Of a DNA stretch of 64,000 nucleotides, positions 1 through 13,920 are shown in pieces (within the stretch, counting starts at the first letter, position 1; the number at the start of each line of letters is the position of its first letter). Source of the stretch: Isurus oxyrinchus (taxonomy: Eukaryota); NCBI GenBank assembly GCA_026770705.1, contig JANJGN010000019.1:105090001-105154000 (forward strand), read 5' to 3'. Made by a program: the position numbers and the translations under genes. A model generated the notes under the pieces. The model saw only the letters and a list, made by a program, of their open reading frames with translations. It ran no database searches and had not been told where the DNA came from.

Positions 1-215
1 AAAAAAGCCTGTAATTATCCACACTTTTCTGAATCCCCCCCCTTAATGTTCATTATTTAAACCAGCAGCAATTACAAGTTCAAAGGGGTTTAGGAGGCTA
101 GCAACCTGCATAATCACTGCCAAATTAAGCAGGACTCATTCGTCACAGAACAGTACACTCTGAGCAGTGAATCATGCATGCAGTGACAGGCACTGATTTA
201 CATGAAGACAGAAAG
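1..215. promoter_or_regulatory. Candidate intronic enhancer with adjacent Meis and Pbx-Hox sites
   Basis: Multiple TAAT/ATTA cores. TGACAG at 184-189 is followed after 4 nt by TGATTTAC at 194-201. Confidence 0.4.
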
Positions 216-290
216 CCGTGGCCTGTGAGGTAGGGTTGAGCAATTCTCCATCCGCCAGTATCCTGGCGTGTACCCTATTCAGTTTGTTTT

Positions 291-354
291 GGGGGGGCGG
301 GGTGGGGGTGGGGGGTGGGGTGGGTGGTGGTGGGGGAGGGAGGGTGGAGGGTGG
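291..354 (+). repeat. G-rich low-complexity tract (G-quadruplex potential)
   Basis: Many GGG+ runs separated by single T/A/C. Confidence 0.8.
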
Positions 355-944
355 AAATCGCAGCTATCACTCGCATGCAGGTAAATCCATTAAGCAATTG
401 TAATTTATACTTTTAGCTCCTGGTTTACTCGCCGTGTTTAGCCGCACAGCAATCGAGTGACACACCGAGCACTTTGGTTGATGGGCACTAACTGAACACT
501 GCGTGCGTGCCCTTAGCTTAGCTTCCCGCAGCTACAGAGGTACTGAGCACTGTCTATGGCATTGCCTTTCAGGTGGTGATTGAGCATTCCAGGGGAGAAT
601 CTCTGTGAGATCCTATTACCACAGCAAGTGACCAGGGTCACACAAAAGAACGCGACAAAGAGAAAAGGAAAAAGAGACAGATCTGGGTTTTATCAGGGCC
701 CAGGTGTTCCTTTTTCTCCGGTACAAATCTGACAACTTGCGCCACCCAGCTTTCTCTAATGTTAGGGGGCCCTTTGGAAACCTTTCTGCCTGAAATTCCT
801 TCATATGAATCTGCCCCCTGCTCTGTAACACATATCATTGTATGATTTGTGCAAACCATGTAGCCTTTTTTTTGTGCGCAGGAAGTAATTTTTCAACTTA
901 TTTTTTTCAAAAACACAAAGAAGAGCTCTCTTCTCCCACCTGCA

Positions 945-1006
945 CCGCCCCCCCACCAACCACTGCCCCCCACCCCCCACCCCCCCCCCCCCCCCACCCT
1001 CCACCC
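945..1006 (-). repeat. C-rich low-complexity tract
   Basis: ccgcccccccaccaaccactgccccccacccccccaccccc... Confidence 0.8.
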
Positions 1007-4000
1007 TATACACACTGTCAGGAGGTTGAAATGGTGCCCACACTGTCAGTACCTCTCATTGGTTGATTTACCAGCAGGCACATGGTGCAAAGTGAGAAGG
1101 AACTCCCTGCCCAAGCAGTTTTACATTCCTTTTATAGACGAGTGACCGAGGCATGGCAAACTTGCCCCTTAGGGAAGCCCCAAGTTCAAATGTCAAACAT
1201 AACTGAGAGTCAAACGCAGATTTCCTGCTCGACATTCCAACGTTGTGGCACGGACTTGCCCCATTCCGAGACTACCCAAAGATTTTCCTCGATAGGTACC
1301 AGCCACCTTGGCTCAGCTTTTGCCTTTGTACACATAAAGACTCTTACTGACCACAACAGTTAACAGCATTCTCTTGCAGAAAGGAAATTTAAGTATTCCT
1401 TGCATAGCATCATCACTTCCGAAGACTTGTAAATCAGATTAGCATTGAACTTTGACAATATATGCTTAGGAATCATTCTTAATAGTATGAAAGTATGCAT
1501 TAGAAGATATATTTTGCATACAAATTTAAAACCTTAAAATGAATGATGCCAGTACCTATTGCAGTGAGTTTCCAATTCACTATACTTTTCAAATAGCTTT
1601 TGATGGATGTGGAGATTTGAATAACAAGCACCTTTATGTTAATTAGGGAGAACGAAGATGCTTTCTGAGAGAACTAGACATGACTATTAAACACAGCCAG
1701 GTCAGAATATGACTCAGACCAAGATGAGTAGAAATCAAAATGTTGCAAATCCTGTCTGGTAACCTCAGAATATTATACTATACAGTAACTGTTCGCAGTT
1801 ATAAGTCCAATAAATGTGGTTCAGCACAACAGGCAGCCAGTAAGGGAAACAGGAATAACAGTTTGAGACAATTGAGTTTCCTTCATGCACACCTACTCTC
1901 TTACGTCAAAAAAGGGTTATTATCCTGAGGGGCCATTACAACTGGTGCCTGGTTTGAAGGCATTAGTTAAGCTAGTGCCTGCTGGCCATAGTCTGCAGTT
2001 GATAGCTTGATTACTTCATTAATTATTCCGATGTCAAGTAAAAACCAACAGCTGTCTTCTACTTTTAGTCAACTGCAATTCAACATATGCTGTCGAAGCT
2101 ATTTGGGCTACTTCTGTTGCTGGTTTTGTTCCTTTCTTCCTATATGATTCTGAAAGTTGTTGAAAAGAATTGAGACACTTGTCAACAGGAAAGAACTTGA
2201 GGTTTATCAAATCTGTTTCAGACCTATTATATATCCAGCTCAAAGGCTAATGACCTGCTGGTGTGCTCAACAATTTAGTCAGCGTTACTGGGGTTGGTAA
2301 TGATCACAATGGTTGAAGATCAGTATTGTTATGCTAATAACAAAGAAACATAAAAGACCAGCAGCTTTAGCTAGGATATGGTAGGACAGTTGCTCTTTTA
2401 TTATCTTTTGTAATAAAGGATAATTTGATAGAAACCAAAGGGTCAGAGCTCTTGTGTGTTACCATTTTTTCATTGCTGTAAGCTGAACTAGCTGATGAGC
2501 AGCCTCCAGGGAGGAGTCAGGATCACTTTAGACTTCCTGTTAGACCAGACTGGGAAAACAGTTCATGAAAGAAAACAAGCAAATGCTGGTAGTTCAGGCG
2601 AAAGGTAATTGGTAAGAACTCAGATATTTGCCATGCATGTATGCCAAAAGATTCCTTGATCCTGATAGCTCCCTTAATGTCCTGTTTTTATTGCGGCTAG
2701 CATGATAATGTGTGAGCTTTCATTTTTAAATATTAAATTGCATGATACAGAAATGAGCTTTATACAGCATTACATTTGTTTTAGCTACACATGATCCCCA
2801 TTTACATTCATAGACCCATAGAGACTGCAGTAAGTTTGTTTCATCCAAAGCAAATCCATTTCCCTAAGTCAGTTCACAGTAGTGAAGAGAGGTGTTAAGT
2901 ATTTTGCCCAATATATTTGCTGATTTTTCACTTCCAGCTGAAATCAGCAATAGAGGAAGATGTGTGATATGGATCTTCTTCTTCATAGTGAGAAAGAGCT
3001 GGGAGTGAGGTGGAAGTTTTTGCTACAGCAGTGATGAGTGCTTGTTTCAGTCAAGGCTTTTAAATCTTAGAATCCCCAATTTAATCTTCTGAAATTGAAG
3101 TGTTGGACTAGCCTTCTGTGTTCAAGGACTATGGCACATGTGCATCCCCTTCATAAGTCTTCCAAGGATCAGATCTACACAGCACAAGACTACAGACTTG
3201 CATTCCGCAATACCACATAACTCCTTCACTCTCCACCGACTCACCCTCCACTGACACAATAGCAATCAGGCCCCTTTCTACCACAAGAACAAATACTGCC
3301 CTTCCAGTAGACCAACTGGTTTCAGACTTAAAAATGAGGTTCTGTAAAATGCATCACACTAAGATTGGGGTCCACTTCCCTCTTCCCATTCCACAAAGCT
3401 GCCATAATATCATAGCAGTAAAGTAATTGTGGAAGACTGACAATGACATCATGCATGGTTTGAATCGCAGGTTCCTATTCTGATGATAGGAATTTGGGAC
3501 TAAATTTTGCAAATATATAGTGACTGGAATTGTTACTGATCATTGTTTTGATGCTGCTTTCTGACGACTACTACTCTAATGTCAACAAGCTTTGGGTTCA
3601 TTGACAGAGAGAAGTGCCACAGCTCATAGTATCCAACTAGTATACTCTGACATGTAATTAAAACAGTTGCTGTAATAATTTTCCTCTTGTATTCCTGAAG
3701 CTTAGAATGGACATAGTACTGCCCTTGCTCCTGCTCACACTCACCAGTGACTATAAAGCTTTCAAATTCTGGCCCCTCCATTATATTTCCCACACTCACC
3801 AACAGTTCAGTCTACAGAGGATTTAATATTGCATCCAGGCTTATCTCGCAATATCTCTACAATGCTGGTCTCTCTCCCCCTCTCTCTCTCTCTCTCTTTC
3901 TATCTCTTACCCCAGTTCTCCTCTTTATCACCTTGCTTCCACCTTTTGCACTTACCCACACCTCTCTCCTTCTGGTCCCTATCTGATCCACCTACTCCTC

Positions 4001-4734
4001 AACCAATTAATAAACACATTTTATTGAGTCAGCACTATTCCCAGCAACTGGGTACATTTCATTTTTACCTCATTGCCATTTCTGAGATTGCAGGATGTTC
4101 AGACTGTACATTCCAGGGTTCCAGACAGATGGATTGCAAATCATACTGTCAAGAAATAATTTGCTTATTTGCAAATGCATGCTGGATTTCACTTATTTCA
4201 AAGGGACCGAAATATTTCAAAATTTGGCACGGTCCGTATTTGGCTAAATTTAATATTTTTTCCTAGCTCAAATTGGATTGAACACTGATCCCCCATCCTT
4301 TATTTAAACGAGGCCACATGCTGCAAATTAAGTTTAAATATTGAGCAAATTGCTCCTTGTTGATTGGCTTGGAAATATTCATGTAAATAGTACCAAAGTG
4401 GGTTTTGTTACCATTGTTCAGCCCAACGGTATACGTACTAGCACACTTATTTAGTGAACTAGAGATTCCAGTTAGACTCTAAATCATATAAAATAAAAAC
4501 AGAACATTCAGCCCAAGTATTACATTCAGTGTTTATGCTCTACGTGTTACATTGTTGTTGCCATAGCCATCAACAATTTGCATTGATATAGCACCTTTAG
4601 TGTAGAAAAAGGATCCAAAGTACATCAGAGGTTTAAAACCCTGTTGATATTCTTGGGTTTCGCACACCGACACCTCCCCCTGCAACCCCGCTGCTCCCCC
4701 CACGACCCCACCAATGATTTAATCACTTGTTCTT

Positions 4735-4962
4735 TTTCACACAGAGATGGTTTGGGTCTAGAATGCGCTGCCTGGAAGTGTGGTGGGGGCAGGTTCAATT
4801 GGGGCATTCAAGAGGGCATCAAATGAGTTTTTGAATAGAAACAATGTGCAGGGGTATGGGGAAAAGGCAGGGCAATGGCACTAGATCATAATGCTTACTT
4901 GGAGAGCCGGTGATGGGCCGAATGGCTTCCTTCTTTGCTGTTAAAATTCTGGGATTTTGTGA
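4735..4962 (+). mobile_element. CR1-type LINE 3' end fragment
   Basis: Typical CR1 tail: ...tagaatgcgctgcctggaagtgtggtgg...gggccgaatggcttccttct...ttctgggattttgtga. Confidence 0.75.
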
Positions 4963-7900
4963 GGTAATTCTTTACTCAGAAGGATGGACAATTTATAAAA
5001 TCCTGGTATGCCCTCATGTTAGAGTACTAACCTTATTAAAAGAAAAGGCCAGGAGTGCAGGTTTCCCGTGAAGCTGAAAGCTCCATCCATGCCCCAGGTG
5101 AACAGCTGATTAAAAAAATAAATCCAAACTTTGCAAGTTGCAGCCAAATATTGGGATATAGTCCTGCAGTCATCCTGTTCTACTACTTCAAATAGTTTCC
5201 ATAATTAGTCAAGCAAGTTGACTAGCTGGGACATTATAGTTGTGTCCAGTAGGTGTTTTTAGAAGGAACATGTTGTATTATTTCAATAAGTTGAAAGAAA
5301 GTTGAGCCCAGCTTCGCTGGGAGATGTTCTGTTGTGCAGAGTCTGACATTTTTCACCCAAGATGCCGTCATAATGATGCATAATGATTTTGATCCTTTAT
5401 GTTGACAATCCATTGTTCTGTTGTGTGATCGTGCTCTTTATTTGATGCGCTGTAAGCAGAGGTTTCTGATGAAACGCCTTGTAACCGCTGACTTGAGATA
5501 ATTCATGTGGAAACCACTCCTCTATTTGTGGTTACTGCAGGCTTTTCTATGAAATTAAGATAAGTGGATTCCTTGTGTGCATGACTTGTAAACAAAAATA
5601 CTGAACACTCTTTCTAGGAAAAGGTTTGATCTACAGTGAGTATGAAAACAAATCAAGCTATAACACAGGAGCAAAATGGCCTTCTCTAGATAAAGTTTGC
5701 TGTGTCAGTGTTTATCCTGTTTTACTGCCTGTGCAGCAGGCATGCTGAAATCACATCTCCTGCATTCACAGCCAGGGACTAGTGTTTGCTGTGTTCTGCT
5801 GGCATGTAATAACGCGATCTGCTTTGTGCAGACAAAATATATTAAAAGTATGGAAGAGTGAAGTTTGTGCCCCAGGGAGAAGGAGAGATAATGCATTGAA
5901 ATTGTTCAGAGGTAGTTAGATGCCTAATGGTCTAATATGTGAGCTATGTGAGGTCCACTGTCTGACTCTCATAAATTCTGGCTACACTGATCCAGTAATT
6001 TAGGGTACAGGATGGAGATGTCATCTCTAGTCATCAGTGCTTGGGATCTATGATGCTGGCTCTTTCTGTTGAGTTTTTTTTTCTCTCGGTTTTGTTTAAA
6101 GTGAGGAGCAGTAGGTGGTTTAAACTTCTCTTTGCTCCTGTGGAAATTATTCACCGTAGCAACTTTTTTTTTTCTCTTATTGGTGAGAGGCAGTTTTAAC
6201 ACAGGGTTTTTTGGGGGAGCCACATAAAAAGTGCACAAAATGGTGCAGCATTTTAACCGTGATTGTAATGGACAGTTACGGTTACACCCTCCATTTGTAC
6301 TGCTGTTGCCCTGGTGAATTTGCTACTTATGCTGAATCGGCAGTTTCTGCAAAATTGGCAGAGTTCCAGCACACATTTGGTATTGGTGTACATGAACATC
6401 AAGCATGCAGAATAACTGGGACACAAGGTATGTGGTTGTAATCATTTATGTAGATGGTAACATAATCTCCAACTATGTTTATGTCTGAATGTACTGCTAA
6501 AATAAAACATGTCCTCGTGTACAATAAAATACCTTTCAAGTACTGTCTGTTAAAATCGTAACTGAAAAGCTCCTGCATTCTCTAAACCTCCAAAATCAAA
6601 AATTTCCAACATTTATTTTGCGCTTTGCGTACACTTTTCAAATCCTTACAGTAAAAAGTTTCAACTGTTCTGTCAAATAGGGAAACCTTAGTGCAAGAGC
6701 TCAGATAGAGCCCCTTTCCGATGTGAGGTAGGGTTTGTTTGATTTATCTGATTTGCCTCTGTTGAAATTCTCTGGTTTACAATGTGTGCACAAGCCATTA
6801 AATTGATGTTGATGTTTATTCAGAGGACTGGCTGATTGAGTGTACTATGCAATTTCTACAAATTTATGACAGGGTAGTACAAGTAATTTAGAGAATGTTA
6901 CCTAGATTCAGTGAAAATTTCACTTGCGTTAAAGCTATATATTAGGACAATAATCAGACACTTGAATCTCCCCATATTATACATGTATGAACACACTAGG
7001 AAATGACAAAACTTCACCTTAACCTCACACATCAGTACTGATAGATTTCGGTATGAGGCCTCAGACATATCATCTCAAAATATGGCAGGCTACGGGCTCA
7101 ACTTGGAAGGCAGCTTGATAATAACGTTGCTCTAGAACCTTGCACCAATTCAGTGAACATAAATTAATGGTGTAGCAAACAGGCGTCTGGCTGGGAGCCA
7201 GGCAAGAACAGGAGAGATGCCAACTATTGTTGAGGGGGCAGGACTGTATTCTATGGGGGAGCCCTGTTCACAATAGCACTACATAGCTACTGGGTTTTGA
7301 GCATGGCCTTTGAAGTGTATGAAATGATAACTGTTTTATTTCTCTAGACACAATCATGAAGGTCTTTCACTGGAGCTTCCATAATTGTTATTCTGTAGCC
7401 TGTAAGCACTGTTGAGGCAGCAAGCAAGTGAAGCCATTTGCTGCAATTTGAATGCCTGTACTCACTCTCCATGTTTAGTAGTACAAGCCTGTGAGGCCAA
7501 GTGAGTCATGCAGCATTCCTGCCTGTTTTGGCTGTTGTCAGGAAGTAGTAACACTTAGATCTACATACAGTGCAGCATAAATTGACTATGCCAGTTGAGA
7601 GTTAAAATAATTAAACTTGCACTGTGAAATGTATTCGGTGTTAGATCACTGGCAGTTATTATTGACCACAATGCTAAGACAGAGTATTAAATTTGTAACA
7701 GAGGAGATGAAAATTAATATCTAGTTAAAATGTACATACTGTGTAGCTACCATTTCACACCTCTGAGAGCTTCATCAGTGCAGAGTGGTTTCAGGACAGC
7801 CAAACCTATGACCTGTGTCCTTAATTCACCACAGTCTGGTTCCACAGTGATGAAGTGATCCATCATCATTGTTACTATATTCTAGCATGTATTCCACTGG

Positions 7901-8837
7901 GGAACCTCAATTGCTGCAGGATGGCTGTACCAGAAAATGAATGAGTTAGAGATTTCAAATGGCCATACACATAGCATAACTTCATCACCTGAAGGTGTGT
8001 TGATTTTTCCCTACAATAGTTAGTCTTGGTTTTATATTGACATCTTATTGTCATCTGTACTGGAATACTGGCTTCAATACAGATGGAGCTAATACTGACA
8101 GACCATGTAGAAAAAAAGTAAATACATATCTTGATGGTGTATGGTAAATAATATGTTTGGGGCTACAGTGCTGAGCCACTTGAGATGTACTGAGAAATTA
8201 TTCTACAACATATAGTTCAGCCATTTAAAATGATCATTTAAGCATTTTGATTTCACCCACTGCTCTTCCTGATGAAACATCCTTTTTGTTTGTCTAAACC
8301 ATTAATTATCTTCATTACTGAGTAGAAAATAAAGGACAATTACATTGTTTGGATGAATTCTGGTGTTAGGAAGCGTATTTATCACAGTGGCATAGTGCAG
8401 CACCTGACAGCGGACGATTGATGACCAAGAGTAGTCCAACTGGATAAGGCAGCCTTATACAATGTAAATTACCAACTGTGAATTTAGATTCATCCTATTC
8501 ATTTCTTTCGCCTCTGCTGAAAACTATTAGTGGTTTAGTAGTAGCAAGGGGTCATTACTAAAATGGACAGGATAAGTTGAGGAAAGCCTCCTGCAATTAC
8601 GTGGCTTTCAAAGGGCTAGAGGCCATTCCAAAAAAGTGTCAGAACCCAGCAATCAAAATAACTTATTTTTTTCCAAAAAAAAAAATCCAGATTAGGTGAG
8701 CATTACTTCTTTTCCATGCGCTGGATATTTTTAAAATGAAGCCAGCAGTCTTCTATAGTTAGACTGAATTTAATCACTGTCATCCCCTGTTTCATGGCTC
8801 TCAACATCTCTTGACTGATATTTATGTTTTTGTGCAG

Positions 8838-8914
8838 CATCCGTACCCATCAGAGGAGCAGAAGAAACAGTTAGCTCAAGACACGGGGCTCACAATCCTA
8901 CAAGTGAACAACTG
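8838..8914 (+). CDS. MEIS2: MEIS2 coding exon (homeodomain middle; equivalent to mammalian exon 9, 77 nt)
   Basis: Acceptor tttttgtgcag|CAT and donor TG|gtgagt. Translates [25 protein letters not shown](W), the TALE 'PYP' loop and helix 2/3 of the Meis homeodomain. Confidence 0.98.
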
Positions 8915-9670
8915 GTGAGTGAATTATCTCTGCCTTTTATTACTCTAGTGGCACTCTTTGATTTGTAACTAACCCCGTCTTTTTTGAGATGAAAAACTAC
9001 TTTGCGCACAAAAGTGCAACTTCAGCTCTGTGCTGGACACGCGTCCATTGTCTCAGTTCAAAATGAAGGTGGTGTTTAGAATAGGATATTGATATTCTAT
9101 TTTTTGATTTTTTTTTTAATATGTATTTTTCTTTTCCATTTTACACGTGTAGTATGATGGATTACTGCCACCACAGTCATACTAGTTGTCCCTTTGTAGA
9201 TGGCTTAGCACATAACTTTGAATGACGGAGGGGCTGGGGTGGGTGTGGGGGGAGGGCTGGTAGCAAGGGGAATGTGGAGGTTGGATTAAATAAAATGATC
9301 ACAGTACCAAAGAAATGATACAGGAATTACTTATCAAAATACTGGCCCGAGCTTTATCTGCAGCTTAATTTTGTTCAGTACATTCTCGGGTGATGTTCAG
9401 ATTAATTGAACTGACAGTTTCCTTTCAAAATTCAGGGAAGGTATTTGCACGGATTTCAGGTCTTATACAAACTTAATTACATGGAACCCCATTTTATCAT
9501 TATAATTCCATGTAGCAGAGGTTGTATTTACAAATGAGAAGACTTTCCTTTTATTCGCAGCTTTCCTTAATATATTTATCAAAGCAGGTTCATTTACAAA
9601 GTGCTCTATCTGTGGGACACAGGCAGGCAGACATTAACGAAGCTTTTAGGTTTATCGGACTCCATGCCTG

Positions 9671-9904
9671 NNNNNNNNNNNNNNNNNNNNNNNNNNNNNN
9701 NNNNNNNNNNNNNNNNNNNNNNNNNNNNNNNNNNNNNNNNNNNNNNNNNNNNNNNNNNNNNNNNNNNNNNNNNNNNNNNNNNNNNNNNNNNNNNNNNNNN
9801 NNNNNNNNNNNNNNNNNNNNNNNNNNNNNNNNNNNNNNNNNNNNNNNNNNNNNNNNNNNNNNNNNNNNNNNNNNNNNNNNNNNNNNNNNNNNNNNNNNNN
9901 NNNN
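9671..9904. other. Assembly gap (234 N)
   Basis: Run of N. Confidence 1.
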
Positions 9905-11249
9905 AAAGCTTAGCCACGGCCTTTTCATGCTAGTGCTATGTAGAAGGCAATGTGCCTAGCTACAGAGCAGAAAATTGAGTTGCTTAGCTTCTGTCAGGGT
10001 GACTTATGCAGAAATAAACTGCTGTACTGAAGATCAAAAAAATTACTGAATTGTTTTACATTTAAAAAAATTCACCTTTCATAAAACCCAATAATTATGT
10101 TTGTGTTTGAAACGGTTTCATGAATGCGCTGAGTTCAAGGGCTGTTAAAGCTGTTGGCTCCATTTAGAATTTTAATTTTGCCGGTTTACATTATGTTAGA
10201 TATGATGCATTTTGTATCAAATTAATAATTTAGTATATCCTAAAGAACTGACAATGTTAAGCGCTCAGCTGCTCAAACATTAAAGGTTCCCCGTTTATCA
10301 GCTGACATTGTCATTTCTGAACAAAAACTTGGACGTACAGCAGTTTGTATGTGTTGGCAAGCTGAAGGTCAAAGGTGATGCAAGGTCTGCATTGTAGACA
10401 TTGGGCAGGTTATTTCATGTACTTGACCATATTCTGAATAGACACCACAGAAGTATAGGGATCAAACACTACCTTTCAAAAATGAGAAAGGCTATTAAAT
10501 AACTAGAAAAATACATGTGAATTAAAATCATGTTTACCAAGCTGAAGGGTATTTTGCAAAGTGCTGTAATCAAGTTGAACAGCTTCCTTATTTGATATCA
10601 GCAAATTAATGGTCAGTGACAGTGGACTGAAGCAGTCATTTCTAGTTTCCAGCAGCCACATGAAAGGAGGTGCTGAATCATTCCTTTGTTTCCACAGCAC
10701 AATCAAGGCTTGGAGGAGCCACAAGGATGCTCTGTTTTGATATTAGCAAGTGGCGCATCATTCTCATACAGCTGAAGCACTAGGTTCAGGATCCCTCGGA
10801 GTTTACCTAATGTTCAGTTGTTAGAGGCAAAAAAGATAGCAAGCAATGTTTAAGACTGTGCTGCATAAAATGAAGTTAACAATGTTGTGAAAGCTTCTGT
10901 GCAACAATAAAGAGAGAGGTAAAAGATTGCATTTTATGTATAACGAGATGCAGTTTTGCCTTATTTATCTTCTGTTTCAGTTCTCAACTTAGAAAGAAAG
11001 ATTTACTTAATTCTGTGGGGTGTGCTCACTTAGGGGAATTTTAGTACTATATGGGATCTTAAATCACATGATACCTGAAAACTGAGGTTTTGCTCTATAG
11101 TGTCAAATTACTGTTTCATTTTGAGTTTATCTGATTGTTGTGAAAACATCTTTAGATTCAATTATGACTCATGGGAAAATATTGCAGTGGCTACATTCAG
11201 GCTTTTGGCAAGAATCAGTGTATAATGGTACATGGTGTGAAATTTATCT

Positions 11250-13060
11250 TATCCTAATTTATGATGAATGATGACAGATACCAAATTTTGCATGTCTGTA
11301 CAGATTCAGTTTATCTTTCTGGGTTAGGCAGTAGTTAGTATATAGTCTAAACGGCAAGCCATGCAATTGAATAAGAAACGCTGGTAATTTAATTCGCCTT
11401 TGTTAATGTTAACAGAACTGCTAATGCTCTAAATTGGGCTGTGCAGTATTGCTCCATGTGGTACAAAGAGATTGGGCTTTCTTGCTTATGCACATTATGA
11501 TAGTTTATTTGACGAGTTTACCTGGCAGCAGTATATGCCTTTTAATTATCTAATATTCGATCTTTTTCAAACTCTACACAAGATGACAGTGAAGGAGCTT
11601 AGATATCTATAATAAACCTCCACTTTAAGATTTAATATGGTAATTAATCAACAGTTTTCTTTTGAGATTTAATATATTAAAGGCCTGTTATCACATTGGT
11701 TATTAGAAAGCACTTAATATCGTCATAAATGTAAAAAGTCCCATTTTATCCCGCAACATATTACAATAGGGGGTAAAAATTAATAACCATTTTTTGCTAG
11801 TTTTTTTTATTCTGTCCTGAAAACAGAATCTTCCCATTTTTTCACTGGAATTACATTATCAATTATATAAAAATGAACAATGATTGTTATTACCCAATCA
11901 TTATTAAAATATGGCTCCCACTTCAATATTAATAGATTGTTACCAAAACGATATATCAAATAATTAGCATTGAAAGACGGTAATAAGTAGCTTATTAAAA
12001 TCCATGGAAAGAATTTCTGACCTTATCGCTCTGAAGAATACATATCACATGACAGAGAAGTCATCTTGCAATATAAGCACCCTCCTTGTGCTCCCTGTTG
12101 GATCACCTGCCAATGACATTTAATAAGCTATATGTATGATTTATTGTGTGCCCTTTTGACAAGATCTGAAAACTGAAATGTTATAGTCCTTGCTGGCATC
12201 TAGTACTGCTTTCATTATACACTCATCTAATGGAAGTGTTACATTTAGTCAAATGGATTATATGTAGAGCTGTGCAGATCTTGCACATTCCCTGTAGTCA
12301 TTGTTCAGAGCATAATAAAATTATTCTATCAATTTGCCATAAGGGGAACACTAGAGTTCAGTGACTTATACCCCAGTGTGTTTATACTGCAATCTGCTAC
12401 ATCTCCAACTTGTGATGGTGCAAACAGCACATGGATTCCATTTACTGACTTCTTAACAGTAACTAAAGAATTATCCAAGTTGGAAGCCTATATATATAAA
12501 CAGAGAGAGAGAGAGAGAGAGACTAGAAAAGGTTATAATAACTGTCTTAACTCTACGCTAGTGACTTAGTGACCTAAAGGCACTCAGTGAAATTGAAACA
12601 TTGTGCAGATGAAATGATCGGCCTCATTTTAATAATGCTAATTGACAGCTAATTAGGGGATTGCGTTGTTGTTAGGTCATTGTGCTGAGTCCTCGGGTTA
12701 ACCCAATCCTTTTGCTACGAAACTGTAGCACTGTTACAAATATCACTTCCAATATTGCAGTAGTCATTACTTTGAAAAATGGAATCTTAACAGTAAATTA
12801 CAAAAAAAAGTCCAAAAATAGCTGCCAATTACTCTTATAATTTCCACCTGAATTGATGTAATTAAAGTGCCATTATTCAGAACCTGAAACGCCTCATCTT
12901 AGCCAGGCCAGGTGATTAGTATCTTAGTACGTTCCTCTGCATCCGTTGTCCACAACAGTTGGTTCCAAAATCTTTGCTGTATCGTGACAACTGACAGCTC
13001 AAGCCTCATCACCTACTCTGTAATTTGATCCACTTGCCATCCATGTTAAAGCTTCCTCAC
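11250..13060. promoter_or_regulatory. Cluster of candidate conserved non-coding elements in the large MEIS2 intron
   Basis: Free of recognisable transposons, AT-rich, dense TAATTA/TAAT cores. TGACAG at about 11272, 12050, 12642 and 12992; TGATTTAT at 12137. Conservation is inferred, not measured. Confidence 0.5.
12502..12522. repeat. (AG)n microsatellite
   Basis: agagagagagagagagagaga. Confidence 0.9.
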
Positions 13061-13920
13061 CAAGACTTTAGCTTTCTGTCCATAAAACTCATATCTTTCA
13101 CTCACTCTCACACACAATCTCTCTGTCTCACACACACACACGTGTAAATACATCAGCACAAGAATCAGAAGTTAAGTACCATCTTATGCTATATACAAAG
13201 TTATTTTTGAACAGATCAGTCTGAGCTGAATGTTGAATCATTCACATCACTACCATTTTGTCCTGGCGTTCACATAGTACTTGCACCCAGCTTCCCAGTC
13301 CACACAAAGGGCTCACTCAAATTGAGGAGACGGGCGGTGTTGACATTGGACTTCTCCATGGGCTGGGTGTCATGGCTGCAAATCGGGTGGTCAAGCCCCC
13401 GCCACACCCGCTCCCCGCCCCTGGCGCATCCATAAATGGACGATGATGTTGGGTCAGCAATCTGAAATCACAGAAGGCAAGCGGGTGCGGAAATCAAAAG
13501 CCTGTCCGCCATTTTGAAATGACCAATTCACAAGCTATTGAGCTCGTTAAAGAGCCAATTGCACGCAATTTTTTGCTGCCCACTGCGCTTCCTGGGAGTT
13601 GGATGGGAAAAAAAAATGTTTGGAGTGTTTTATGGCAGATTTGAGAAGGTGGTACCAGAGTGGGAGAAAAGGCCTTCTGATTGGAGCACAGCTGCATGTA
13701 GCAGCAGAGAATTGGGGGTGAAGGTGGCAGCATTTGAATGTTTTTTGACTTCATTTATTTTTGAGTTCATGTTTTGTGCCTGCCACACAGAATAAGGAGA
13801 GATTGAGAGGGCAGGGGGTCTTTAAATTGGCGGCTGTGACCCACTTTTGGTTCACGGTTTAACCCCTCATCCACGTGACCTAGATGCGCGATCGGGGACA
13901 AAGCCCCCCCCCCCCACCCG

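Noticed and set aside
3829-4266. 145-aa ORF
   Set aside because: Non-ATG start, spans a (CT)n tract and degraded repeat-like sequence, and has no coding signature.
9522-9959. ORFs of 103-145 aa
   Set aside because: Artefacts of translating through the N gap.
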